A DNA stretch of 63,538 nucleotides, the filler included, from Hyphochytrium catenoides (lineage: Eukaryota; Protista; Hyphochytriomycota): NCBI GenBank assembly GCA_900088475.1. It is 10 parts of 10 records of this genome, joined end to end, with 100 filler letters (N's around TTAATTAATTAA, not from the genome) between each part and the next. Parts side by side here need not be neighbours in the genome. Positions count along the whole stretch, not along the records: positions 10,115 to 27,459 come from FLMG01003594.1; positions 27,560 to 36,473 come from FLMG01004594.1; positions 36,574 to 39,693 come from FLMG01002254.1; 7 more parts are not named here. One strand, 5' to 3'. A model generated the notes under the pieces. The model did not search any database, was not told where the DNA came from, and was given only the letters and a program-made list of their open reading frames with translations. The position numbers were made by a program, and so were the translations under genes. Positions 25,841 to 38,187 of the stretch are shown in pieces (positions within the stretch are counted from its first letter, which is position 1; each line of letters opens with the position of its first letter).

Positions 25841-25889
<49 letters not shown>

Positions 25890-26254
25890 ACTTTCTCTGT
25901 GCATGTTGTCGCCTTCCAAGAATAAGAGCCGTCTGCCTGAGAGCAGTGACCTGACTCGCGTCATGCACTTGCTGGATCCCCAGAGAAAAGAAGAGGCCTC
26001 AACAACGCTGAGCGTCCACGAGAGAGAGAGAGAAGAAGAGAACGATACAGCGCTGTCGAACGCTGGGCAAGAAAAGAAGAGTTACCTAGAGAAGTAGAAA
26101 AAGTGGAAGAGAGAGAAGCGGAGGAAGAAGAACACTCTTAGTTCTGGACGGACAAGGAGAAGAGAGGTAGACATTGCCGTCAGAGAAAGAGAGAATAGAT
26201 ATTGTGTGCCTCTGTTTGTTGGCATACCTCTGTTTTTTATCAGTAGTCTTCTAT

Positions 26255-26302
<48 letters not shown>

Positions 26303-26318
26303 NNNNNNNNNNNNNNNN

Positions 26319-26350
<32 letters not shown>

Positions 26351-27587
26351 TCCTCTCTTTCTCGCTCTTTTTTTGCATCCTTCTCAAGGCTCATGAGAGA
26401 GATAAAGAGAGAGAGGGAAAGTGTATGGAGAAGAAGCGGACAATTAACATCATCAACAACAAATTCGGCTGGAAGAGGAAGACTATCTCGTCCCAACATC
26501 TCTCCCGTGCAGCACAGAAGAAAGCAAGATCCTGTCTCTTTCCTTCAACTCGCATAAAAGCCATAACATGAAGAAGAGAGGGCGACGACGACAGAGGACA
26601 AGAGAAAAGAAGAAAGAAAGAAGGATGATCACTATGTTCGGGCAAGCAGAAGGCGACTTCCTTTTCTTTTTGCTGTCGTTGCCTGCTAGCTTCTAACTTC
26701 AACAGGAGGAGAATCATAGCTGTGCCTCCCAGTCGTTACGTCTCTTGCTGTCCTCCTCCTCCTATGGTCTCGTCTCTCTTTTATACTCTGCCTGGTAATA
26801 ATCTTCTCTTCTCTCTTCTTCTCTCTTGCTTCTTTTCTCTGCTCTCCTCCTCTCGCCTTCCTCCCTTTTCTCTCTCTCCCTTGTTGGTAGCCTTTCCTTT
26901 CCCGTAAAGTCACTTCTCATATCGCACTACCACCTCTCTCTCTCTCTCTTTCTCTCTCCTCTCGAGTGCGTCGTCTCCTCCTCTTCTCCTCCTCTCTTCC
27001 ACAACTGTACTCTCTTTCCCCTTACCATCTTTTGTCTTCTTCCTCGCTCTCTTTCTTGCTGTCTCTCCCCTACGACACTATTAAGAGATGTCTCTGGCTT
27101 TACACATCATGAACCTCCTCTCTCTTCTCTCTCGACGACGACCAGGCGCGAGGCCCATCGACGGTTATCTTAACCTCAAAAACAGGCCTGAGAGCGTGTC
27201 CCTTGTTCCTTCCTGTCCCTTTAGTCTCCTCTCTTTCTCTATTACTCTCTTTCCAGTCCTTTTCTTCTAATAAACAGCAATGCGAATGGTCGCTCTGTCT
27301 CACAGCCACGTCATCCCTCGTTAGCCTGTTTTTTCCTTTCTCCTCTCTTTTTATTAAATCATACTCTCTCTCTCTCTCCGTGTCCCACAACACCTCTTCT
27401 CATTCATGTTTTGAACCTTCCTATAGAACTCCTCCCTTCTCTCTCTTTCTCTTTCTCTCNNNNNNNNNNNNNNNNNNNNNNNNNNNNNNNNNNNNNNNNN
27501 NNNTTAATTAATTAANNNNNNNNNNNNNNNNNNNNNNNNNNNNNNNNNNNNNNNNNNNNGACGCAATAGAGATTCATTTAGAGACTC

Positions 27588-28482
27588 CCGGTGGAGATGC
27601 TCTATAAAAGCTCTAATTTATCTTCGCACTACTACTCCAATGTTTACACAGTTTAGTGCTTGGTTATCGTCTTTGTTGTCATGTTCTATTTTTCGTATAA
27701 AAAAATATTCCTCGAGTTCACTCCACACTAAAGAAGGCCTTACTACTATAAGCCTGCCTATAACCTTTTCACGCTTTTATTAGGGAAAATGCCCTTTTTT
27801 TACAGCTTTATAATGGTAAAAAGAAGGAAAGGGAAAAGATCGTTGGATCTGGAGCCAGAGGGAGACGTTACCAAACCTATGAGAGGTGTGGGTGGGCAAG
27901 CCAAGAGGTCGTTAGCGGGTCTTTCTGCTTATAAACAGGTCAGTATTTGGATGGTTAGCGGTTGGTCTATTCGTGGTCTATGATAGACCGGCGATAGACC
28001 AGACGGATTTTGGTGTATTCGACCCCCAAATACACCAGAATCTGCCGGTACCGGCTCCTTTTTGGTCTGGTGTATTCTATATCATGTACCGATTTAGTAA
28101 TTCTCGATTACAATAATCAGATTTCTTCGGTAGAATATCAGATTAAATCAGATTAAATTAGCCTATTTTCGTGATTGACCCAGCATCAAAACTCTCCTGG
28201 AGGATACCTGCGAATACCACAGTTAACATATGACCACTTCAGAGGGCAAGCAATGAGGGGAATCCTGAATCGTCGGGGAAGAAGACTGAGGATAGCTTTT
28301 GACCAAGGTGATCTTGAAATCGGCACAAGCGCTATCTAAGCGGCACAATTGGGCTATCTATTTCTAAAGCGGTTAACGCCGATTCTATAGCCCACCAATC
28401 AGAGCTCGGGTTATCGTAGCCGTTAACAACCCTATAGCCCAGAGATAGAATACACCAGCATTGACCGGTGGAGATGCTCTTA
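27588..28482. mobile_element. Possible MITE/foldback remnants with PIF/Harbinger-Tourist-like ends
   Basis: CCGGTGGAGATGCTC at 27588 and 28465 (the second followed by TTA); internal inverted repeats of TGGTGTATT near 28005-28043, 28067 and 28445. Confidence 0.35.
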
Positions 28483-29832
28483 TTAGGGCCCGATGGAGAG
28501 AGGAAGGGGAAAAGAGAGAGAGAGAGAGAGAGGGACGACAGAGACAGAAAGACAGAGACAGAGAGAAAGAGACAGAGACTTATCAAGAGAGACAAAGAGA
28601 GAGAGACAGCAACAAAGAGAGAGCGACAGAGACAAAGAGGCAGAGCAGAGACCGAGACAGAGAGAGACACAGAGAAGAGACAAAGAGAAAGATTGAGAGA
28701 GAGAGAGACCTACGAAGACACAAAGAGAGAGAGCGAGAGAGAGCGAGAGAGAGAGAGAGAGAGGGAGAGAGAGAGNNNNNNNNNNNNNNNNNNNNNNNNN
28801 NNNNNNNNNNNNNNNNNNNNNGAGAGAGAGAGAGAGGACAATGAAGAGATACCAGCCAAAGATACATGAGGAAGAAAGCGGGAGCAGGATTGCAGGATCG
28901 ACGAGACAAGAAACAGCTGTCAAAGAAATTGATTGGCTTTCAGAGATCCACACCGACCACTTCCATTTGAAGCTTTTCCTCCTCTAGATAAGAAGCTTCC
29001 TCGCCGACCTTCGCGCTCTCTATCCATTCAGAGCTTTTCCTGCCACGGATCTGTTCACTTTGGCTTGTGCCTTTTCTCTCCTGCAGCCGAGCTATGTCTC
29101 CACCATCTTGTCTGAAGACTCTTGCTGTCTATAGAACTTGCGCCAAGATGGTCATAGTGGACTTCGTCGTTGAGAGATGTCTTACATAAATAGCTGGACA
29201 TGAGGGCTCCCGAAGCAGAAAGAGAGCAAGGGACACGTTGAATTTTTTTGAACGAGACGTCCCTGTGTGTTCTTATTTTTGTTCAGAGAATGACAGCGCC
29301 TGAGCTGCGGCCGTACGGCTTCCTCTTTTAGCGCTGCAAAGCGCTGGAGAGTGCAAGCAGTGTACGTGACTCCGTTGACAACAGGCGCCAGAGAGACGCG
29401 GTGCTTGTGTACAAGGCTGGATAACTCTCATGGCCAGCCTTGAAGATAGTCCCGTATATCTATCAATAGTTAACGAGTGAAAGTGAGGAAGGAGGAGGAT
29501 GTCGCTGTAGCAGGAGGAAAAGAATAAGGAAGAGAAAGAGAAGGATTGGCCATGGCTGAGGGGCGGGAAAGCTCGTTACATAGAGGAAAGGCAGAGATAA
29601 TAAGAGATGCTGCTCTCTTTAATAGTGTTAATCTATATTGCTGTCTATATTTTGGTTAGCTCTATCAAGGCATTAGCATTTTCTCTCGTTAGAGGTTAGA
29701 CATGGAGGAGTCACGACAGATAGCATGCCATGAAGCAAGAGAAGAGAAAAACAGTGATGAGAGAGAGAGAGAGAACAAAGTAGGAGTACGAAAGATTATG
29801 CTGTACTTCCGAAGGAAGGTATAAGCGTAGGA

Positions 29833-32008
29833 CTAGAACCTTTGATTGATCCAGGCGTGGATGTCTCCCATCACTCTGTCTTTCGCGTTCCCAAAGAGGA
29901 AGCTGTGACCGCGTTGGTCCGAATACCGAAGGATGTCCTCCTCTTCTATCTCATGGAACGCGGCAATAGAGTCAGCCTTACGTGGATCGAGAGAGTGAGC
30001 GAGAGAGAGAGAGAAGTAAAAGGAAATGTCAGTATAGTCAAGCACTATGGGAGGGGCAAAACGATGATAGCCGATCCTGCACCCTAGGGCGGAAGGTAGA
30101 CAGAACAGCTGCAAACGAAGATTACGAGGTCAATCGCTGCCGCCCAGGAAGGGTTTGAAAAGCGCCATTTGCTCTCATTGTTGCTGTTTTTTCACTTTCC
30201 TTTCTCACTCTTCTACTTCTTCCCTGTCCTACCTCCGATTCATCCACCAAAAGATCACTCCCTGGAGTGACAATCAGTGTTGGAACCACACCTGGCTCTA
30301 GAACAAGTTCGTTTTCTTCAGCAAGAAGATCCTTCATCAGCTTTTGCAGTGGAATAGAGGAAGAGGCAAGAGAGGACGTGAAATTAGACACAAGTTCGTG
30401 TCATTGGAGAACTTACAACGCAGCTAAAAGAAGACAGAGAAGGAGAGACAGTAATTGGGTGGAGGGGAAGAGGGAGGGAGAGACAGAGAGACAGAGAAAC
30501 CGAGAGAGAGGCACCGAAAGGGGGTGCGGAGGGAGAGACAGGGGGAGACAGAGAGAGTGAGACAGAGATAGAGAAAAGACAGAGAGAAATGAAGAGAGAG
30601 GAGAGAAAGAGAACGAAAGCAAATTTTGATAGATAGAGAGAGAGAGAGAAAGAAAGAAAGAGAAGAAAAATAAATGTTGGGGGAAAAGGTTAAAAGGAGT
30701 GGAAGAGAAGGAGAGAACAAGAAAGAGAAGAGCGACGAGAATCATTGAGGGAAAGGAGACAAGGCCCGCAGACAGGAGAAATCGAGGAGAAAGAAAGGTG
30801 GCTGACCTACCGACGCCGCGGGAGGGTGAAAGTTTATGGTGCTACCCAGCGCTTCTACGTCCTCCGTCTTAAGGTCTGGAAGCAGGTAGTCCCTGAGCCA
30901 ACAGTTGGATTATCAGGTCGACAGAAGGAAAGGAAGTGGCTAAGCGGGAGCTAGAGAGGGGGAAGAGAGAAAAGAGAGCAAGCAAAACGTCTCAGCGAAG
31001 ACTGGGAGAGGAGGAAGGGCTGGTAGGAAAGTCAGACTAAAGCACACAGAAGTTACCGATCAGGACATCTACCAAGGATCGGACCCAGAGAAATCTAATC
31101 GCTGTGAAGGAAGACTAACAGAGCCAAGAATAAGAGACAACAAGGGGAAGAGAGTTCTGACGGGAGCTTCAAGGCAATACTGCTCCCGGAGTCCAGATAG
31201 GGTGGAAGAAGGTACGATTGCAAATGAGAGAGTATTTCTACCTCACGCTGACAATACTTGAAGGATACCACTGCCACTTTGCCAGCTCGCCTGTAAGTGC
31301 TCTTTTTTGATCAATCTCTTCTGGCTCTGGAGTGAGAGGAGAAGAAGGAGATGTAGGGGAAGCTAGAGGAGAGAGGAGATTCTGGCGAGGCCGCGGGCCA
31401 TAAGACGCACAAAGTACTAAGGCGGACGCGGCAAAGGACTCCAGGTACTTCTGCGCCACAAAGCCCTAGAAAGGAGAAGTCGGATCACTGAGAAAGGCTG
31501 TTTTAAAGGTAAATAAGAAAGAAGGAAGACCAGCCAAGATGTAAGGACGGAGGGATAACCTAGACGAGGAGTGAGGACAGAAAGAGCACTTACGAACATA
31601 GCAACTGTGCTAAGAGCAGAACCCCGAGGGAGGCAAAGACAGGAACTACCGTAGAGGTTAAGCTCATTGTAGAGTGGAGGAAAGAGTGAAAAAAGGGTTT
31701 CACATTGTGGACATTAGAGAGCGATAGAGAGAGAGAGATGATGAAGAGAGTGGAAGTGGACAGTGGTCAGCCGGCGAGACAGAAGGCCCTCGTACCCCTA
31801 GGCCGTGTCCCACAACGATGGGTGGGTAGAAGGAACGAGAAAGTCCACCAAAGTCCTCAACAAGCTGCTCTAGAGTGATCGGAGCGAGCTCATCAGTCGC
31901 CGATTCTGACAGCCTCTTCCATTGTATGGCACTGGACATGGAGTAGGGAGGGAGGACGACAGAGCGTGTGAGTAACACAGAGAGAGAAAGAAAGAGTGAG
32001 AGAGAGAG

Positions 32009-32055
<47 letters not shown>

Positions 32056-33033
32056 GAGAGAGAGAAAAAGAAGAGTAGTAAATAGGAGTTGGCCATTACA
32101 GGCACTGAGAACCGCATGAAGCAGCAAAAGTGTAAGGGGAAGAGCTAGATGCGATAAGAGACATTCAAGAAGTAAGAGTGATAGCATGCGGCACAGTCTT
32201 CAATCCGAGGAAACGAGCGTGAGGATGGAAGCTAGAGATAAAGGAGAGAGGGGGAGAGAGGAAAAAGAAGGCGAGAGTGTGAGATAAAGACTCAGAGAGA
32301 GAGTTGGTGGACAGGAGCAGGTGAGAGGCGTATAAAGTAGGCTGTGAGGGGACAAGCTGCGGTTAAAGCGCTGGCTGGAATTCTCTCCTCCTTCCTAATG
32401 TTCGTACCTGCACGCATATCCCCGCTGAGCAAAAAACTTTAGGTAGGGCTTCCAACTAATAAGTGCAAGCCAAAGATCAGACTCGGACAGCATCACAAGG
32501 CAAACAAGAGGCACATGAGAGAGAGCAAAGAAAGAGACTTCGAAAGGAGAAAAGAGAGAGAACAGAAGGAATCTGAGAGACTAAAGGGAGAGGGACGTAG
32601 GGTTACCCGAGTGAAAGAGAACGAGAAGAGAGCGAAAGAGAGAGAAAGAGACACCTAGAGAGAGACGGAGAAGAAGGGTGAGAATGGGTTACGACACGGA
32701 GCCAAGAAACTCAACAGCAGACTAGAGAGTCATCTAAACGGTGGGTCTCTCTTACATCTGGGCGTTGTGATACAGATCATGCAGGAAGACAATGGGATAG
32801 GGACTCTCCTCATGCCCGGGCAGCAAGATGTCCGCACTGGGTTCCGCCTTTATGATCGTCTCAATGGAAGAGGAAGCAGGAAAGAGAGTAGACATCCGCC
32901 GCTGTGGCGTGTCTCCTGGTCTCCTTGCTTTCAACTCGTCCCCCTGCAGGCCCGCTAATGCTGCCACTCCGAAGCTTGACAAGAGGCCATCGCTCCTCCG
33001 CACGCATCGGTGAGAAGCGCAGATCCTCAGCAT
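29833..33033 (-). CDS. Seven-exon alpha/beta-hydrolase-fold protein with a probable mitochondrial presequence; nucleophile Ser replaced by Gly
   Basis: Spliced motifs PIVFLHD, WKPYLKFFAQRGYAC, PPIVVGHGLGGFVAQKYLES, PTLIV..GSDLLV, RGHSFL; Arg/Ser-rich N-terminus. Confidence 0.82.
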
Positions 33034-33822
33034 GATGGACGGTGCTTGCTCTCGATAACCTTCTCGGTCTCCAAGTCTCAGCCACGGCAGCGTGTCATAC
33101 AGCTGCTGTGAGCTGACGACAGGGCAAAATGATAGGCTGCGTGAAAGGTGGAAGAGACGGAGTTGCGATGCCTCGCCTCTGTTCCCCTTTCGTCTCCTGA
33201 CACTCAAACCCCCGAAGACCGCCAGGCTCTCTCTCACTCCCTCTCCTTGCCCTCTCACTTATTATGCCAGTCCCGTGTATCTTGCTTTTCTTCGCTCCCA
33301 CCTTTTCTCCTCTCCCCTTCTCTCTCTCTGTTCTCTCTCTCACTCTATTCTCTCTCTCTCTCTCTCTCTCTCNNNNNNNNNNNNNNNNNNNNNNNNNNNN
33401 NNNNNNNNNNNNNNNCTCTCTCTCTCTCTCTCTCTCCCTCCTCGCTCTTCCTTATACTCTGTCTCGGTCTTCCTGCCTTATTCTCGATCTTCTTACCAAA
33501 GGAGGCGTTACCGGCCAAAATTCAGTTATCAATACAAATGATTCTCCCTAGATTACTGGTTTATCGTTATCCCAGTTAGTCGTATTTGATCTGAGATTAG
33601 ATCTGGGTTCTGTCCTCTAAGAACCTTATCCTATTCCGCCTTGGTTGAAGGTAGGGTCACAAGCTCTCTGGGCTTGTGGACGACCCTTAGATCTGAAGAT
33701 TCGCCGGTCTGATGCTTTCTGAAGCTGCAATAATATTTCTTCGCACAATCTCTGCATCCGAACTCTCCTAGAAGTGCACTCAGTCTGCCATCGCTATTGA
33801 GCTCGTAGGCTGGATGATAGAA

Positions 33823-33856
<34 letters not shown>

Positions 33857-34351
33857 CAGAGGAGAGAGAGAGAGAGAGGAGAGAGAGAAGAGAGAGAGAG
33901 ANNNNNNNNNNNNNNNNNNNNNNNNNNNNNNNNNNNNNNNNNNNNNNNNNNNNNNNNNNNNNNNNNNAGAGAGAGAGAGAAAGAGAGAGAGAGAGGAGAG
34001 AGAGAGAACAGGGAGAGGGAGAAAGAGAGAAAGGAAGATAAAGAGATAAAGAGAGAGGACTTATCTCCCTCAAAATACCTATCCCACATCTCATTGGTAA
34101 GTCAGCGTACGTAGGCTCGGAGTCTGCAGCAGACAGCTGGAGGCGTAAAGCTGCCCCTGAGCACATCCGGCTCGCCTAGTCCTTGGCTTCTGGCAACCTT
34201 CTTTGCCTTGTAAGCAGTGCCCTCTTAGCTGTTTCTCTAATCCTGCTCTTTCTCTCTCGCGCACAATACGACCATCGTTTGAGCACCGCTTGCATAGGGT
34301 CCTGTAGTCGTTATCCTTCGTCGTGAAGAGTGTGATACGTCAAGCAGAAAA

Positions 34352-36473
34352 ATGTTCAAGTTTATGAAGAAGGAACCAAAGATCCCTCCGGAGGAACAAG
34401 CAAAGGCATGGATTCGAGAGTTAAACAAGGAGCAAAGAAGCATGGAAAGACAGATCTCAAGTAAGTAGCCTGGCTGCGCTGAAGGAAGTCGACATGGGAG
34501 AAGTTATAACGTGAGAGGGAGAGACGAGCGAGGTGAGGATTGTGCAGTGGAGAGAGAGAAGAAGGAAGAGGGCAGGTCAGGTTAATCTAGACGGGCAATA
34601 GTAGAGAAGAGTTCTCAATAATCTAAATGACGCAGACCGATCGACCGCTTAGGGGTAACGGAGTGTGGAAGAGATTTGAAGAGCAGTCTAGCGGAGAGCG
34701 TCATCTGCCTAACTCTTGCCTTTCTTGTCCATTGATGTTAAGAAACTGAGCTAGAGGAGAAGAAGCTCCAGCTTGAGATAAAGCGGCTAGTCAAGAATGT
34801 AAGATAGGCGAGAGAGCCAGAGAGATCAGATGAACGCAGTCTCATTCTTCTCCCCTTTTGACTGGTCCTACAGAATGATTCTGCATCGATAAAGATTCTC
34901 GCCAAGCAGCTGGTAAGAAGAGACTAGTCCTCTCGTTCTGCTGTGGTCTTTACACTCGACCTGTCTTCTTCTTTTCCCAGATCCAGGTGCGCAAGCACAG
35001 AGGAAAGCTAATGGAGGCAAAGAGCAAGCTGAATAGCGTGCAACTAACTCTGCAAGCCAACAAAGGTGAAAGAAAAGTCTAGGGTTAGTAACAAGGCAGA
35101 AGAAACCATGCTGGAAAGAGGAAGAGAGGCTGGGGATAGACGTGACTTCCTCTCTCTCCCGCTGTTGACCGTGGTGCTCTTCCAGCCCAGTTCCGCGTCG
35201 CTGGCTGCATGCAGAGAAGCGGAGAAGTGATGAAGGCAATGAATAGGTACCGCTCAAGGGGTCTCTCCCTCCTGCCGCTCTTCGAGCTGCAGTCCTATTT
35301 TTGTCTTCTTAAACTTTGACCTCTTCTGCGGGTGGTGCTCGCATCAACGCTTGCTGTTCTCTCTTCTTCTTCCCAATCATCTTCTCAACTACTCCTGAAT
35401 GCGGAATTGATGTCTCTCGATGAAGCTCCTCCTCTCCTATCACTCTTGGACTTGTAAAGCAAGGCGTATCTTATGAACTCTCTACCGTGGCTTCGTGCGA
35501 ACAGTATGATGAAGCTTCCGGAGCTTAATGAGAACCTTAGGGAGATGTCGAAGGAGATGGAGAAGGTACTCCTACCCCGCTACTCTGTCCTTTTCCCTCG
35601 CCCGCTCTAACACGCAGCTCGGTAGCCCATTCTCTTCTCTGTTTTCCTCCTGCAGTTCATCGTTAGCCCGACCCGCTTCTCCGCCATCTGCATTTATCTG
35701 TCTGTTCTGGCACCACTCTGAACCTGATCTCTTTCCCCACTTGCCCGGAACAGGCTGGACTGATAGGAGAGATGATTCAAGAGACCTTTGAAGCGCAAGA
35801 GGTATAGCGTGGCTGCACGCTTTTGTGACAGTCTTCTCCTTAATTATCCGCTTGAAGTTTCGAGTGCTTCGCACCTTCAAGCGTTTGCTTGAGGAACTGG
35901 CCCTCTGAGCATCAGCTCGTTATACAGGGCTGGCGATGTTTTGGCACTCCTCCCGTCACCTCCAGAGCCTGCCACTTTCGGTGTCCTTCTTTTTCTTCCT
36001 ATCTCTCTCTTTGCTCTTTATATCTCTCTTCTTTCTCGCTAAGACTTCCATCTCTGCTCTTCATATGGTCCTTCCTTTTCCTTGTCACCATAGGAAGAGA
36101 CGTTGGGTGAGGATGTGGACCTGGACGCGGTAATCAGTGAGGTCACTGGAGTTCCATCAGCAGTTGCCACCAAACCAACAGCTGCAACGATTGGAGGCAG
36201 ACCCCAACCGGTAAGGCTAAGTCTTCCATTCTCTTTAGCTGTTCTTCATCTGCCGTTGCCTCGTACATTGGATGTCCATGTCCTACCCTTATTGTCACTT
36301 AAAGCTGACTGAAGTTCTCAACTAAGTGCTCTCTCCTCTCTATGACCACTCTTCCGGTTAGCTTACAGTTTCGCAACCTATCCGTCTTCCATGCTTATAT
36401 CCCGACTTTTGGTCATCTTTCCTCCAGCTTGCAGCGGCTGCTCCGTTTGATCTCCCTGAGGCACCGAGTAGCC
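34352..36473 (+). CDS. VPS24: ESCRT-III subunit Vps24/CHMP3, 3'-partial. Exons 34352-34460, 34743-34798, 34874-34912, 34981-35065, 35186-35246, 35505-35565, 35754-35801, 36094-36210, 36428 to gap
   Basis: Not visible in the ORF track. Spliced product PPEEQAKAWIRELNKEQRSMERQI...ILAKQL...RVAGCMQRSGEVMKAMNSMMKLPEL..LREMSKEMEKAGLIGEMIQETFE follows CHMP3 closely; all phases fit. Confidence 0.88.
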
Positions 36474-37574
36474 NNNNNNNNNNNNNNNNNNNNNNNNNNN
36501 NNNNNNNNNNNNNNNNNTTAATTAATTAANNNNNNNNNNNNNNNNNNNNNNNNNNNNNNNNNNNNNNNNNNNNATAAGACTGCCAACAGCATTCCTGTAC
36601 GGTATCTTGAGTAAATTTTTATCCTCTTCAGAAGTCAGTGTAGAGAGAGAGCCTGCCTTGGTTGGGTAGCTTTTCACCAGGAGTAACAGGCGTGCTGATT
36701 GGGTTACAATCTTCCATGCCATACCGCTTCAGAAGGTCTTGAATAAATCAGTTGGCGAAGGTAAATCTTCCGATTCTTTCGATCCCTAATTACTTCTACT
36801 CCTTAGGAAGTATTGGAGTTCTCCTAAGCCCTTCACATCAAATCTGTCCTTTAGAAGTCCTTTAACTTGATGCGCACGATTGTTGCTTGGCGCGAAGATC
36901 AGCAGGTGGTCTCAAAAGTCGACACGATGGTCAGCTTGCCATCCTCCCCGGGCCTGTTGGATGTAGACGCAAGGTTCACACAAGCTGTCTTCAAATCCGT
37001 TGTCGCGAAGATAACTGTCTAAAACTTTGTTCCATTGGCGAGGACTTTGTTTGAGCCCATAAATGCTGCGCTTTAGCTTACAAACCAGATGTTCTTGTCC
37101 TGGTTGAGCGAATCCTGAGTGTTGGCGCATGTATATGGTCTCCTCAGGATCTCCAAGGAGAAAGGCAGTACGAATATCCAGATGTTGAATCTCAAAGTCA
37201 TACATCGCAGCCAAAGAGAGGATACCGATCGGACGGACTCATAGCTGACCACTGGCGCAAAGACCTCGTTGTAATCGATCCCCCTTGTTTCTGATTGTAG
37301 CCTTGAGCAACGAGCCGTGCCTTATAGCGATCGATGGTGCCATCACTCCATATTTTGCGCGAAAGACCCATATAGACCCAATGGCGTTTGCTCCTGGAGG
37401 ACGTTCAACGAGTCCCAAACGTCGTGTTGTTCCATAGATGCCATTTCACTGAGGATAGCGGCATTCCACTCCGACGCATCCGGTCCAGAAAGAGTCTCCT
37501 CTATCGTTCAAGGTTCATTGGGTGATAAGGTGCTACAAGTAAGGTGATTAGCTATGGAGAAAATAGAGTCTTCT

Positions 37575-38187
37575 TGTTGAAGTCGGCGTAAAAAAAAAGC
37601 GGAATGTGGGAGGTGTTAGATTTTATCATTGGATGGTGAGCACTTAAAATAATATTGGGGGGTGTCTGGATATACCGGAGAAAAGTTTTGCACGCTCCGG
37701 GATTCTGTTGAGAGCAGAAGCTGACTAGAGCTCTAAAAGGCTCACAGTTCCAGACTCTATCTGACAAGAGGAAGAAGGCACAAAACAAAGTGTTTCAGAG
37801 TTATGATAACTAGGTTATTATCATCAGGTAAGTCATCATATGACGTCAAGAAGTAGTAACTGGGTCTAGTAGTTTATTCGAGACAGAGTTACTCTCCAGA
37901 AGAACTAGACAATGAGATAACTAGGAAACAGGGTCCCATAAGCTCTTCATACTCACTTCGAGCATATCAGTAGACCACATAACCTAAATTAGAGTGTCTT
38001 CAAATCGCATACATTATAACAGATTCGAACCCAGGACCTCTTTCTTTGATGCCGACCCCAACCAGTATGCACCATACACCAAACGTACTCTTGACTAATC
38101 TCCGTTTTTGTTTATATACCAGGGGTTCTTCCCCTCTGCGTCGTCGACTGTACACTTTTTGGTTTCAGCGTCCGACACAGTTCAACA
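37575..38187. mobile_element. 613-bp insertion in the copia element, bounded by TGTTGAA...TTCAACA (solo-LTR-like)
   Basis: Interrupts the integrase-RT linker; 7-bp terminal inverted repeat with TG..CA ends; TATATAAA on the minus strand; no target-site duplication visible. Confidence 0.5.
38008..38088 (-). ncRNA. Degenerate tRNA-like sequence (Pol III A and B boxes; SINE-head-like)
   Basis: TGGTGTATGGT A-box-like and GGTTCGAATC B box; acceptor stem GTACGTT/AATGTAT and D stem GTGT/ATAC can pair; T stem and anticodon arm are broken. Confidence 0.5.

Noticed and set aside
23600-27459. Gene in the microsatellite-rich end of scaffold 2
   Set aside because: No phase-consistent exon chain or protein motif found
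38008-38088. Functional tRNA gene
   Set aside because: T stem and anticodon arm do not pair; no anticodon can be assigned
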